Shown: positions 25,563-35,451 of the stretch, in pieces
How positions within the stretch are numbered: the first letter of the stretch is position 1
Layout: the number at the start of each line of letters is the position of its first letter
NCBI GenBank assembly: GCA_005883085.1
Contig: VBAY01000106.1
Location: forward strand, 1-48,843
Length of the DNA stretch: 48,843 nt
DNA from: Candidatus Bathyarchaeota archaeon
Lineage (GTDB): Archaea > Thermoproteota > Bathyarchaeia > 40CM-2-53-6
Reading direction: 5' to 3'
Program-made: the position numbers and the translations under genes
Notes under the pieces: generated by a model
Seen by the model: only the letters and a program-made list of their open reading frames with translations
Database searches by the model: none
Told to the model about the DNA's origin: nothing

Positions 25563-26585
25563 TTACCCAGACCGGTATCTTGCCATAACCCCTAGGAGTG
25601 ACACTGAAATAGTCTCCACTGCTAACGCTGACAGGGCTCCAACAGGAACAAGGTACAAAGCGCGCTCGGGCGGGAAGGCCAGTATTCCAGATAAGGGCAG
25701 CAAGACGGATGCCAGAGCAACCGATGACCAAATTCCCCAAAACCCGAAGAAGAGGTTTCCCCTCTTCACGTATTGTTTCAAGCTGATCGCGACCCCAACA
25801 GCCACTGCTGGGATGAGGAATCCTCCCAGGAACGCGAACGCCGCGAAACCGTTAAGGGTAGTAGCCGTCTTTGGTGTCAGACTTGCAGTCTGACCATAGT
25901 CTAGAACAAAATTGACGAACAACGGCAATTCTAGTAGAAAAGGCCCCGCCAACAAGAGCGTCCAGGTCAGGAATGAACGTAGCTGCATGCTTCGCATTAG
26001 AAGGATGATTATGGTCAGTGAGAACAAGACATAGGACTCAACTTGGGTGTAGGCGACGAGAGACAACCAAGCAAGGGAGACGACGGCTCGCGTAGGATTG
26101 ATTCCAGTTTTCCATTTGACGAAAAACGGGACATAAAGAACGATAAGGGCCAACGCGAGTAAGTTTCGGTTCAAATCGGCAAGAAGTCTAACGAAGTTCA
26201 GAGAGACCACCGTCAGGATACTTGAGATCCCTGCGACGTGCACATTTCCCGCGGTGAGCCTCACCAGCCTAAAGGTCGCTATTACGACTGTGCCTCCGTA
26301 AAGCACCGGAAGGATTCTTTCGGCAAGATCGAGGTTTCCAATCAATAGACCCGCTCCCGCTAGAGTCAGGACACTCAGATGAGGATAGTTCCAAGTGGAA
26401 ATCATGGCTAAGGGACCATTTTGAATTACTAGGCGTGCGAGATATGCATAGGTAGATGAGTCCCAGCCCAATAATAGGCCAGGGGCGTAACTCTCGGTCT
26501 GAGACCACAAGATTAAGACTAATATTAGAAGGGACGACCCGACATATAGAAGTGGAAGGACTCCCGGACCTCTTCCGAATTTCAT
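25563..26585 (-). CDS. polytopic membrane protein, GT-C-like or polymerase-like
   Basis: About 10 hydrophobic helices. The first loop, GWDSSTYAYLARLVIQNGPL, resembles the acidic first-loop motif of GT-C enzymes. The likely start is ATG 26585, overlapping the upstream TGA (ATGA coupling), rather than the ORF-track start 26642. Confidence 0.6.
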   Translation of the reverse strand: MKFGRGPGVLPLLYVGSSLLILVLILWSQTESYAPGLLLGWDSSTYAYLARLVIQNGPLAMISTWNYPHLSVLTLAGAGLLIGNLDLAERILPVLYGGTVVIATFRLVRLTAGNVHVAGISSILTVVSLNFVRLLADLNRNLLALALIVLYVPFFVKWKTGINPTRAVVSLAWLSLVAYTQVESYVLFSLTIIILLMRSMQLRSFLTWTLLLAGPFLLELPLFVNFVLDYGQTASLTPKTATTLNGFAAFAFLGGFLIPAVAVGVAISLKQYVKRGNLFFGFWGIWSSVALASVLLPLSGILAFPPERALYLVPVGALSALAVETISVSLLGVMARYRSG

Positions 26586-27781
26586 CTTTGACTCAGAGTC
26601 CTGACCACTAAATTCCCGAATTCTTCCGCAACAGAGGACCAACTGTACCGCAAAGCGATATTTCTCCTGGTCACAGATGCAAGACTCGCATCATTGGCAT
26701 TCAACAAGCGTGCCGAGACTCGCTCTGCGGTGACATCTGCGTTTCCCATTATCGCAACATCTTGTGCAATGCGGCTCACATCTATGATTGGAGTCGAAAC
26801 AATTAGCTTCCCCATCGAGAGATATTCGAACAGTTTTATTGGACAGGAGGTTTGGGCAACAACTGAGCTATTGAACGGTAATAGACAAATATCCATTCCA
26901 GCGATGAGTTCAGGGACTGCTTCGTGTGGAACCAGGCCGCACGCAATGATGTCGGAGTCGCCGAGAGAATACTTCGTCTTCAGAGAATCTATTGTCTTAT
27001 TGACAGCAGCCTGGCCGTAGGGCGCTGAGCCGACTAACATTAGCTTAGCCGTTATTCCAAGCCCGCGCAGATTGCTGAGAAACCTGAATACGAAATCGAA
27101 ATCTAGCCAAAATTCGAGGGTCCCAACCAGGCCTACGATAACTTCATGGGACACACCCAATTTTCTTCTGGCTGCATTACGGTCAACCTTCCCGGGGCTA
27201 AAGATCTCGGGATCGACACCGTTCGGGATGACAAACAAGTTCCCATCCGATTTCAGATATCGGTTTCGGACAAGTGTTCCCAAGCTGAAACTAGGGGTTA
27301 CGACAGCGCGACACCTCTTAGCCGTGACCGAGAGTATAGTCTCCAAAATTCTTTCTAAGGGAGGTAGCAGAAAACGCGGCACACGATATCTTCTGAGGAA
27401 ACCTGGGAAATAATCCACCAAATCATATATGACTGGAATGTCGTAGAATTTTCCTACTAAGGAGGCAGCCAATCCGGGCAACAAGTTGGACGTGACTATC
27501 GCATCAACTCGGCAGTCCAAGGCAATTCTGCGAATCGCGGCCAAATGGAGGGGGAAACCCAGTACGTAGTAGATGACTTCACCAAGGCGAGCGGCAAAGG
27601 GCACGGGTACAGAATGCACTATAAAGCCGGGAGGGATCTTCCCGGGAAAATCAGAATCTTTCAGACAGAATCTCAACACATGGATCTGATAGCCTTTCTT
27701 AGCAAGCTCTCCGAAAATGAACTTCATTCGTACGGGTACAGGCGAATTCCAATCTGAACTGGGGACTAGTAGGATTCTCAT
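26582..27781 (-). CDS. glycosyltransferase family 4 (GT-B, Glycos_transf_1)
   Basis: 399 aa. The N-terminal domain starts MRILLV. The C-terminal domain has the LVGSAP…, LLPF…E…P.K..EY…G.P.V layout typical of GT4 retaining enzymes. Confidence 0.8.
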   Translation of the reverse strand: MRILLVPSSDWNSPVPVRMKFIFGELAKKGYQIHVLRFCLKDSDFPGKIPPGFIVHSVPVPFAARLGEVIYYVLGFPLHLAAIRRIALDCRVDAIVTSNLLPGLAASLVGKFYDIPVIYDLVDYFPGFLRRYRVPRFLLPPLERILETILSVTAKRCRAVVTPSFSLGTLVRNRYLKSDGNLFVIPNGVDPEIFSPGKVDRNAARRKLGVSHEVIVGLVGTLEFWLDFDFVFRFLSNLRGLGITAKLMLVGSAPYGQAAVNKTIDSLKTKYSLGDSDIIACGLVPHEAVPELIAGMDICLLPFNSSVVAQTSCPIKLFEYLSMGKLIVSTPIIDVSRIAQDVAIMGNADVTAERVSARLLNANDASLASVTRRNIALRYSWSSVAEEFGNLVVRTLSQR

Positions 27782-27782
27782 T

Positions 27783-28949
27783 TTAGGAAACCAGGCTTAA
27801 CAGTCTTCTCGTGTGAGCAGCCCAGTCAAAGGACTGCGACTTAACCCATGCAGCCCTACCCATCTGAAATGAAGTTTCAGGGTTAGTGAGCGCCTCTATC
27901 TTATCCGCCAGTTCGTCTGGATCATTCGCTTGAAACGCGAAGCCGTGACGCTGGTCTTCGAAGATCTCCCACACGCCTGAACCTTTGGGGACTATAATCG
28001 CTGTTCCTTGACACGCCGCTTCTAGCGCACCCAATCCAACAAACGCGGGAACGGGTAAGACAAAGCAGGTCGCTTTACGGTACAATTCAACTAATCTGCG
28101 CTCATCCGGGTCTTTTTCCAGGGTGACTCTGTTGGTTAGTTTTCTTCTTCTTATCTCACGCATGACCCATTGAAGTACTTGCAGGCTCGGCCAGTTGCCG
28201 GCCATTATCAGTTTAGTCTCACCTCTAACCCTTTCCATCGCACTCAACAAAAGGTCGGAAGTTCGGTCGGCATCCCATCGGGTAACCGAACATACGTAGG
28301 AGCCCTTGTTTTCCTCCAAGCTCGGGGAAGGGTGACAGCCTGGGTAAATTACGTGACATTTGATCCCGAACTGGCGGGCTAGAACTTGACTTAGTTTGTT
28401 TGAGTTAACTACCACCTTGTCCGCGCGAAGAATGAATAATCGTTCAGATAACCCCGTCAAATAGGATGCGAATCGGCTATGGGAAGCACTCAAAGTTCGG
28501 ACATAATAACTAATCGGGTCAGCGTGGAGGTAGAGGACGTTTTTTTTGGAGCCAACTACGTAGTCGAAGAGGATACCGAGTGGAGAGAGCGCGGTGTGAC
28601 ATACGTAAGCGTCGAAGCTAAGTCTATGAGTCCACAAACGGGAAAAGGCACCGTGAACACCAATGCTCGCGACGTCAATGTCCATCTGAGAGCTTCCCTG
28701 GGGGGATGGAATTCGAGTCAGTGTCTCCAGTGATCGGCTTGTTGCAGAGGAGAAGAAGGGTATTTCGCTCAAGAGGATGGGTTGGTTGCAAACGAGCGAT
28801 GCGTAAGCCTTTAGAACTCTTTTCCAGCCTTTACGTTGTGTTATAAGCCGAGCTTCATGGCCAGCCACCCTAATGGCACGCACCTCCTCCAGAGCAATCT
28901 TGAACATTCCGCTGACCCTCGCTGGAAGAGCGACCACGGCGATTTTCAT
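27783..28949 (-). CDS. glycosyltransferase family 4 (GT-B)
   Basis: 388 aa. MKIAVV start. The C-terminal FVLPVPAFVGLGALEAACQGTAIIVPKGSG fits the E-x7-E region layout of GT4. It lies 1 nt from its neighbours on both sides. Confidence 0.75.
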   Translation of the reverse strand: MKIAVVALPARVSGMFKIALEEVRAIRVAGHEARLITQRKGWKRVLKAYASLVCNQPILLSEIPFFSSATSRSLETLTRIPSPQGSSQMDIDVASIGVHGAFSRLWTHRLSFDAYVCHTALSPLGILFDYVVGSKKNVLYLHADPISYYVRTLSASHSRFASYLTGLSERLFILRADKVVVNSNKLSQVLARQFGIKCHVIYPGCHPSPSLEENKGSYVCSVTRWDADRTSDLLLSAMERVRGETKLIMAGNWPSLQVLQWVMREIRRRKLTNRVTLEKDPDERRLVELYRKATCFVLPVPAFVGLGALEAACQGTAIIVPKGSGVWEIFEDQRHGFAFQANDPDELADKIEALTNPETSFQMGRAAWVKSQSFDWAAHTRRLLSLVS

Positions 28950-30007
28950 TAGTGACTCTGTTCCTGTAGGATTCTCTTCTTTCGGAGCATGGACATGGAT
29001 CGGAGTCTGCTGAAAGCCACCCGTAGGCCGACCTGGCGATGCAGCTCAAGAACTGATGAGTCGGCGTAGACCCTGCTCGCCTGACATTGGGTTCTATTTG
29101 CAGAGATTTGGCGGATATTAACGAGGTTCCACTTGATTCCTGAGAGATAGGACATTACAGCCTGAGGTTGATCCGTTAAGATGGCTCCCGAGAAATACAG
29201 CATCGCGTACCATGCCTCGCAAATTATGAATAGAAACAAGTTCGGAGTTGACAGATTCTTGATGCTAGATGTTATTCGATTTCGCTCGCTAAGGTATAGT
29301 TTCCTTTCCGGTAGCTTTGAGAATGGCCCGGTTCTAGTGTGATAGGCGAGCGCGCTGGAGGTACACACCACTCTGTAACCCGCAAGTCGGGCTCTCCAGC
29401 AAATGTCTACTTCCTCGTAGTAGGCAAAAAATGAAGCGTCAAAGCTACCCAAGGATCTGACGACGGGCACTTTGATAAGCATTATTGCTCCACCGACAAA
29501 GGCGACGTCAAATTCCTTTGAAGGAGTGTTCAATCGACTTATTTCCTTCCGAGGCAGCGCTATTCCGAAGGGAAAGCACAAGTAACCGCCCTCTGAGTCG
29601 ATCGCTCCTGTGTCGCAGTCAAGAATCTTGCAACCGACAATGGCAATAGATTCATCAGACTCCGCCGTAGAGAGCATTTCTGAGAGGCAATGCTCCTGCG
29701 GGAATACGTCTGTCCCAAGAACTAGGGCGTGTTCGTGCTCGGCGACCTTGCTGTTGATTAAGCAGAAGTTCACGCCGCCGCTGTAGCCTAGGTTGCTCGG
29801 AGGTTGAATTAGCTCCACGCGAGGAAATTCCCTAAGATATGAAGCCATCGACTCTAGCCTGGAGTTATCAACGACATAGATGGGTGCGCTCGCGAAATCG
29901 GGGAGTTTGCTGATCCAAGTTAGCTGTTCAAATAGCTGTGTGGGCATAGCGTAGTGAACTATGATGACGCAAACTCTCTTTTTCTCCAAGGTAAGAGACG
30001 CCCGCAT
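28949..30007 (-). CDS. glycosyltransferase family 2 (rhamnosyltransferase-like, soluble)
   Basis: 352 aa. VCVIIVHY, VVDNSR, LGYSGGVNF, GTDV(F), and FAYYEEVDICWRARLAGYRV, typical of WbbL-like GT2 enzymes. Confidence 0.8.
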   Translation of the reverse strand: MRASLTLEKKRVCVIIVHYAMPTQLFEQLTWISKLPDFASAPIYVVDNSRLESMASYLREFPRVELIQPPSNLGYSGGVNFCLINSKVAEHEHALVLGTDVFPQEHCLSEMLSTAESDESIAIVGCKILDCDTGAIDSEGGYLCFPFGIALPRKEISRLNTPSKEFDVAFVGGAIMLIKVPVVRSLGSFDASFFAYYEEVDICWRARLAGYRVVCTSSALAYHTRTGPFSKLPERKLYLSERNRITSSIKNLSTPNLFLFIICEAWYAMLYFSGAILTDQPQAVMSYLSGIKWNLVNIRQISANRTQCQASRVYADSSVLELHRQVGLRVAFSRLRSMSMLRKKRILQEQSH

Positions 30008-30032
30008 GAAGCCCTGATCGATCGGAGCAGCT

Positions 30033-31055
30033 TCAGTTGATGTTTCTTCTAAAGTCCCTTCTCAGAGACTTGATCATGTCAGCTATCAGACCGAAGCTGA
30101 GTAATTGCACACCGCTGACTATCATCAGAGAAGACAGAACTACGAAGGGAGGATGGGTGATGTAACCGAATTTCAGCCACTCGTAGAAAGAGTTGAGGCC
30201 CACTACAACTCCTGACATCACCAAAGTTACCCCCGCTCCCCCAAACAGGAACAGCGGTCTATAATCTCGGGCAAGCCTAAGCATGGTTGAGAGTATTTGC
30301 AAACCGTCACGCACCGGCCTGAGCTTTGATTTCCCGACTCTTCTTGAGTACGAAATAGGGAGTTCCATCAATCGACCGCCGACTTGTGTTATCTCAGCGA
30401 TCATTTCCGTGGCGTACGCCATTCCGGCGGAGGCTCTTGTTATGGTGGGAGTGAATTGAGTTCTGAAGACTCTCAGACCGCACTGGGAATCCGTTAGTCG
30501 AATACCAATTGCATGCTTTGCGAACCAAGACAGCAACCTGTTGCCCCATTTACTTGTCAAACTCATCGCGCCATCCTCCATGTCCGCAAATCTGTTACCC
30601 ACGACAAGGTCCACTTTTCCCGAAGCAACGATGTCTATCATGTTCGCGATATCCTTAGGATCGTACGTCATGTCCCCATCGATCATCACGGTTATGTCTG
30701 CCTTCAAGGCAGAGTGCGCGAACTTGAAACCCAACTGGAGCGCGTCACCGTAACCGCTCCCGTCCTGCTTGATTACATGGGCTCCAAGGTCTTTCGCAAG
30801 ATTCGCGGTTCCATCGGACGAGTTACCATCCACTACTACAATTTCTGTAGTGTACTCGTTTAGTACGCGCTTGATTTGAGGAATGAGGTCCGTAACCCCT
30901 CCGCGTTCATTAAGAGTCGGAACTACTACTGCCACCGCCATTTTTGATGACTTTCCTGGCTGTGTAGTCATTAGGTCTATGCGTCGATGATTCATTGATG
31001 TCGTCTCTGGTCCTGATGAACGTCCTTCGTCGCTAGGCTGCAGACTTGCCTCCAT
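30033..31055 (-). CDS. GT2 polyprenyl-phosphate glycosyltransferase (GtrB/Dpm1-like) with two C-terminal TM helices
   Basis: AVAVVVPTLNE, VVVDGNSSDGT, MIDGDMTYDP and DSQCGLRVF, then TM helices LFLFGGAGVTLVMSGVVVGL and FVVLSSLMIVSGVQLLSFGLIADMI. The true start may be an internal Met (for example MAVAVVVP near 30941). Confidence 0.8.
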   Translation of the reverse strand: MEASLQPSDEGRSSGPETTSMNHRRIDLMTTQPGKSSKMAVAVVVPTLNERGGVTDLIPQIKRVLNEYTTEIVVVDGNSSDGTANLAKDLGAHVIKQDGSGYGDALQLGFKFAHSALKADITVMIDGDMTYDPKDIANMIDIVASGKVDLVVGNRFADMEDGAMSLTSKWGNRLLSWFAKHAIGIRLTDSQCGLRVFRTQFTPTITRASAGMAYATEMIAEITQVGGRLMELPISYSRRVGKSKLRPVRDGLQILSTMLRLARDYRPLFLFGGAGVTLVMSGVVVGLNSFYEWLKFGYITHPPFVVLSSLMIVSGVQLLSFGLIADMIKSLRRDFRRNIN

Positions 31056-31074
31056 CTTCTCGCCCGTTCCAGTC

Positions 31075-31383
31075 TCATTTCTTGGGAATTACGGGCCCTC
31101 TATATGAGGCATCCTCAAGGTTCCAGAGTAGATCTAGTTCGGCAACCCAATCAGCAATTCTCCGGAGTAAGTATTCCCGCTGGTAGTTGGAGGGCGAGTC
31201 CAAGGTCCCGTGCCTATCCTTAGTGCCCAGAGGCCGACAACATCCAACTGTGATCAGGAGCGTCGCCATCGCCGGCCTACCGTTGACAGATGCGTGTCGT
31301 TGAACTGGAAACCAGGCATTATGCAAGAGGTTCAAAGTCAAGCCCTCGAAAGAACGCTGACCAGCCATCCAACCCTCAATCAT
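31075..31383 (-). CDS. hypothetical protein (orphan), coupled to 31376-31753
   Basis: 102-aa ORF overlapping the upstream ORF by 8 nt. No family recognised (…GCCRPLGTKDRHGTLDSPSNYQREYLLRRIADWVAELDLLWNLED…). Confidence 0.45.
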   Translation of the reverse strand: MIEGWMAGQRSFEGLTLNLLHNAWFPVQRHASVNGRPAMATLLITVGCCRPLGTKDRHGTLDSPSNYQREYLLRRIADWVAELDLLWNLEDASYRGPVIPKK

Positions 31384-31753
31384 TAGCCGTCCACAGTCCG
31401 AGTCCGAGGAAGCGTTGGAAGGCTTCTTCGAACCTCCAACGATAGGCTTGCATGTTCCCCCACCGGACAGCCAGATCGCTAGACCTAGCGGCCCACCTCT
31501 TCCCTCTTTCCAAGGCTTTCACCATGCCAGTGTCCAACACTCGAACTAGTTTCGCCAGAATCTCCGCCAGTACCCTTCGCAGTCTACTGCTTTTTACTTG
31601 ATCTACCCATCGCATGGTGAGATCTACCAAACCCCTCTCTAGGTGGTCTAAGGCTCTAAACCAGACCTGCTGCCTCAAAGCCCGGGTCCTAAGCCGGGCC
31701 AAGACCTCTCTTGTCATGGGTTGTCGTCCGCAAGGGAGAGAGGAAATAGCCAA
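31376..31753 (-). CDS. hypothetical Arg/Trp-rich helical protein (orphan)
   Basis: 125-aa ORF (…RTRALRQQVWFRALDHLERGLVDLTMRWVDQVKSSRLRRVLAEILAKLVRVL…RWGNMQAYRWRFEEAFQRFLGL…). No family recognised. Confidence 0.45.
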   Translation of the reverse strand: MAISSLPCGRQPMTREVLARLRTRALRQQVWFRALDHLERGLVDLTMRWVDQVKSSRLRRVLAEILAKLVRVLDTGMVKALERGKRWAARSSDLAVRWGNMQAYRWRFEEAFQRFLGLGLWTAND

Positions 31754-31770
31754 GACTAACCCCGATAACC

Positions 31771-32574
31771 CTACGCAATCTTCCTCAGCGAGTCGAGAAT
31801 TTGCTGTTTGACCTCATCTCTTCCTCGGTTATCGGTTCGACTATGGCCATTCATTCCGACAAACTTGCGGGTCTGAGCAACGGCCCAGTGTCGGTTGCGA
31901 ATTCTTGCCGACCAATAGGAAGGAAACCGCCTCAGCATCAGCGAAACGTGTTCTATGAAGTCCCCTGCCTCCCGAATATGGCTATGATCGGTGGGGACCT
32001 GTCTAACTTGAACGGGACATATGGGAATTCCCCTCTCCTTAAGCTCGATTAGTAATTCGGTGGTCAACTGCATACCATCTTGGGACAGTCTTAGTTTGTT
32101 GAGGGCTTTACGATGAATCGCTCGGAAACCACATTGTACATCCCCAAGGTGTCCCCCGTAAAGCGCGTCAAAGACCTTCGCCAGCATCACATTCCCGAAG
32201 AAACGACGAATCTTCATTCCATGGGGAAAACTGTGGATCCGTACACCCATAGCTACCATTGATGAGCCCTCCGCTACTGGCCGCAAGACCTTCAGAAGGT
32301 CACCCGGCCAGTGCCCACCGTCCGCGTCCATTGTAACAATAATGTCTCCGGTCGCCTTGGAGAAGCCAGTTCTAGTCGCAATTCCGTAACCCCTTCGGGG
32401 CTCACGAACCACCCGAGCACCCTTGGAGGCAGCGACTCGAGCTGTGTCGTCACTGGAGCCGTTGTCCACCACGATTACTTCCGCCTCGGGGAGCCAGTTG
32501 TAGGGTATTTGCTCGAGAACCCTTCCTATTCGCTCTTCCTCATTCAGAGCTGGTATCACTATCGAAACTTTCAC
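31771..32574 (-). CDS. glycosyltransferase family 2 (Dpm1/dolichyl-phosphate glycosyltransferase-like, no TM)
   Basis: 267 aa. MKVSIVIPALNEE, VVDNGSSDDT, GYGIATRTG, TMDADGGH and DVQCGFRA. Confidence 0.85.
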   Translation of the reverse strand: MKVSIVIPALNEEERIGRVLEQIPYNWLPEAEVIVVDNGSSDDTARVAASKGARVVREPRRGYGIATRTGFSKATGDIIVTMDADGGHWPGDLLKVLRPVAEGSSMVAMGVRIHSFPHGMKIRRFFGNVMLAKVFDALYGGHLGDVQCGFRAIHRKALNKLRLSQDGMQLTTELLIELKERGIPICPVQVRQVPTDHSHIREAGDFIEHVSLMLRRFPSYWSARIRNRHWAVAQTRKFVGMNGHSRTDNRGRDEVKQQILDSLRKIA

Positions 32575-32657
32575 TTCAGGACAGCCCGGGGATTGAACTT
32601 GCGGAAAGGTCTCCCTCGTTATTATTTGGATTGTGTGAACCCGATATATGTGGGAAA

Positions 32658-34287
32658 CTATGCTGTTTGGGAACTGGAGTTTCCAAGAGGAACCGTCAGG
32701 AGACTCTTACCTATTTGAGCCCCGAACCGGTTCGACCTAAGCATAAGGGAAGGGTTCATTGATTCTAGGGTTAGGGCTCCAAAACCTGCTAGCGACAAGG
32801 CTAGGAACGAGACACCTTGAAAAGCGATTAGAATACTGAGGACCAAAGCCAAAGTCACAAATATCGCTTCTGCGATCGCAATCCTGTCCAGCTGGACGTC
32901 TCTGAAATACTTGTTGTCTCCTACGCGCTCAAGACCGCTCTTCGGCGGTCTGAAAAAGAAGCCTGTTTTGCCCCTGATTCCGTTCAGGAACCCGATGGAG
33001 ATCGCCGTTACCATGCAGGAGCTCGTGTACGACAAGAGCGCTAGTAGGATAAGATTTCTAGGAGTCATTATTCTCTGCACACATAGCGCATATCCACCTG
33101 AGGCGAAAAAGAAGATTACGGGCGAACCAATGATTGCAATGTAAATTGGGCTGGAGAATCTTGAATTGCCTGGAGCAGTAAACCCAAGGATCAGTGCAAA
33201 GGCAGAAACCAATGTAACTACAGTCCAGCTGACGCCCGAGAAAGGACCCAGCAAAAAGATCAGCAAGGCAAGCCTCCTCCAAAACGATAGTTCGGAAGAT
33301 TGCAATATCTTCCGCCATCTCGAACAGGCACGATTCGCCCAACCTTGAGCGACCCTAGCCGCCTGCTTCTTCCAAATCTCTAAAGTAGAGGGACACTCGC
33401 ATAAGATCTTAACATCGCTCAGATAGATCCTCCTCCATCCCGAACAGTATATCTTGCATGAAAGGTCTGGCGTCGTCAACTATCGAATCGTTGGTCCAAA
33501 ACCCAACCCGTCGTAGGACTCGTGTTAACATCGAAGTGAATCCCCTGGAATGAGTAGGGGGCATCGAGAGAGTACGACCCCATCTTTGTTATTGTGTCCC
33601 CTTGGTCCTGTTGCAGAGCGAATAGCCTGGTAATCAGGCTCTGACCTCTGTTGTACTGACCAACGCGAAATGACACGAAACCCATCTTAGGGTCTAACCC
33701 AAATGCGGCAAGTCCTCTGGAGAGTACGTTCGGTGTCACAGTTGAATCAGAGTCCAGAAGTAGAACGTACTCGCCGTTCAAGAATGGCGCCGCATGGTTG
33801 AGGGCGACACTCTTGAAACCATCTCTCGTCTCCCGTCTTGAGACTAGTGGGGTTATTCCGCTAGACTCCAGCGCTTCAACTTTCGAGTCTATTAGCGCTC
33901 TAGTCTCGTCCGAGGAATCGTCAGCTACAACGACCTGAAGTGACTCCTTTGGATAATTGAGACCTTTGATCGCGTCAAGTGTTCGCCCGGTCACAAACTT
34001 CTCGTTATAGGAAGCGATCAGAATCGAAACACTAGGACAATTACTAGTTCAAAGGTCGGCAATTCCCAACGATCTGGGAAATCCGAGGGAGTTACGAATA
34101 GGATCACGGTGCAATACGAAGCAATGAGGACCGGAATGCTGAAAGCGGGGAAGACGACCCATGGCTCTATCACAAACCTTCCACCACACCCGGTAGAAAG
34201 ATAGGGGGTTTCATGCTTCGCGAAAGCGTTCCACCTCAAACCGTTCCCTTCGCAGAGCTTGATGCTGATTTTCGGCCCGAAACTCAT
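32658..34287 (-). pseudogene. processive multi-TM GT2 polysaccharide synthase (CslA/cellulose-synthase-like), paralogue of 37919-39460, broken into three reading frames
   Basis: The pieces 34018-34287, 33476-33994 and 32658-33479 align collinearly with the 513-aa paralogue. The frame breaks lie between 34020-34048, at CCCC 33543-33546 (GGGG on the coding strand) and at 33469. The catalytic motifs are retained (VVADDSSDE, LLLDSDS, DSIVDDA/DLSCKIY, KKQAARVAQGW). Confidence 0.75.
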
Positions 34288-34310
34288 AGGCTTAATACGT
34301 CACCCAAGAA

Positions 34311-35408
34311 ATGCGACAAAGACGTTCAGGCAAATTTTCTATGAAGGGACTATTGCTAGCTGGCGGACATGGGACGAGGCTCAGACCGCTAACCTACACC
34401 GGTAACAAACACATGCTCCCCATTGCAAACAAGCCAATGCTCATGTACGGATTTGAGCACCTGAGATCCGCCGGAATTAGGGAAATTGGAATCGTCTTGG
34501 GCCCCCTCCAAGAAGGAATCATAGAGTCCTTCGGGGAGGGCTCAAAGTTTAACGTGAATATCACTTACATTGACCAACCTGTTCCCAAAGGGATAGCGCA
34601 TGCCGTTCTGATTTCGAAAAAATTCCTTAACGGCGACTCATTCGTAGTGTACTTGGGCGATAACCTACTGAAAGAAAGCATGCCTAAGCTGGCAAAGGAG
34701 TTCCAGGACTCTGCCGCCGATGCAATGGTAGTCGTCAGCAAGGTCAAGGATCCGAGCCGCTTCGGCGTAGTCAAAATTCAAGACGAGAAAATCGTAAAGC
34801 TCGTCGAGAAGCCGAAGCAATTTCTCAGCGACTTGGCTTTGACAGGCGTTTACTTTCTTCGTCCATCCATTTTTCCAGTCATAGAGACGCTAAAACCCAG
34901 CGGGAGAAACGAGCTGGAGATTACTGAAGCGATTCAGAGCATCCTAGAAAAGGGAGGAAGAGTGACCTACCATACGGTATCAGGGTGGTGGAAGGACACC
35001 GGGCGTCCCGAGGATATTCTGGAGGCCAACCAGCTCGTACTAAACGACCTAAAGACCTCTATCAAAGGGAAGGTTGAGGATGGGGTGACCGTTTACGGAA
35101 ATGTGGAAATCGCAGAGGGGACCGTGGTCCGTAGAGGCGCGTCGATCCGGGGTCCCGTGGCAATTGGGGAAGGCTCCGAGATTGGTGAAGACGCGTATGT
35201 AGGACCCTTCACATCTATTGGAAATCGCGTGAAGGTACTTGGTGCCGAAATTGAGAATAGCATAGTTCTCGATGGCGCGATCATAGACTGTAAGGAGCGA
35301 ATCCTGGATAGTATCATCGGCAAGAACTCGAAAATAGTCTCAAACCTCAACACTCGACCATCGAGCAGAAGATTCGTTATAGGTGAAAGTACATTCGTCG
35401 GACTCTAG
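34311..35408 (+). CDS. rmlA: glucose-1-phosphate thymidylyltransferase, long form (nucleotidyltransferase + left-handed beta-helix)
   Basis: MKGLLLAGGHGTRLRPLTYTGNKHMLPIANKPM (probable start ATG 34341), then a C-terminal hexapeptide-repeat region (VYGNVEIAEGTVVRRGASIRGPVAIGEGSEIGEDAYVGP…). Confidence 0.85.
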   Translation: MRQRRSGKFSMKGLLLAGGHGTRLRPLTYTGNKHMLPIANKPMLMYGFEHLRSAGIREIGIVLGPLQEGIIESFGEGSKFNVNITYIDQPVPKGIAHAVLISKKFLNGDSFVVYLGDNLLKESMPKLAKEFQDSAADAMVVVSKVKDPSRFGVVKIQDEKIVKLVEKPKQFLSDLALTGVYFLRPSIFPVIETLKPSGRNELEITEAIQSILEKGGRVTYHTVSGWWKDTGRPEDILEANQLVLNDLKTSIKGKVEDGVTVYGNVEIAEGTVVRRGASIRGPVAIGEGSEIGEDAYVGPFTSIGNRVKVLGAEIENSIVLDGAIIDCKERILDSIIGKNSKIVSNLNTRPSSRRFVIGESTFVGL

Positions 35409-35451
35409 ACTCGTTTCCGGAGAGCGCTTTTGGCTTCGAGGACTTCGCCCA

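Noticed and set aside
25555-25740. Track start 25740 for the anchored ectodomain protein, or alternatively a fusion with the upstream polytopic gene
   Set aside because: The extension overlaps the upstream gene by 178 nt in a different frame. The internal ATG 25554 is followed immediately by a signal anchor and sits 8 nt after the upstream stop, so two separate genes is the simpler reading.
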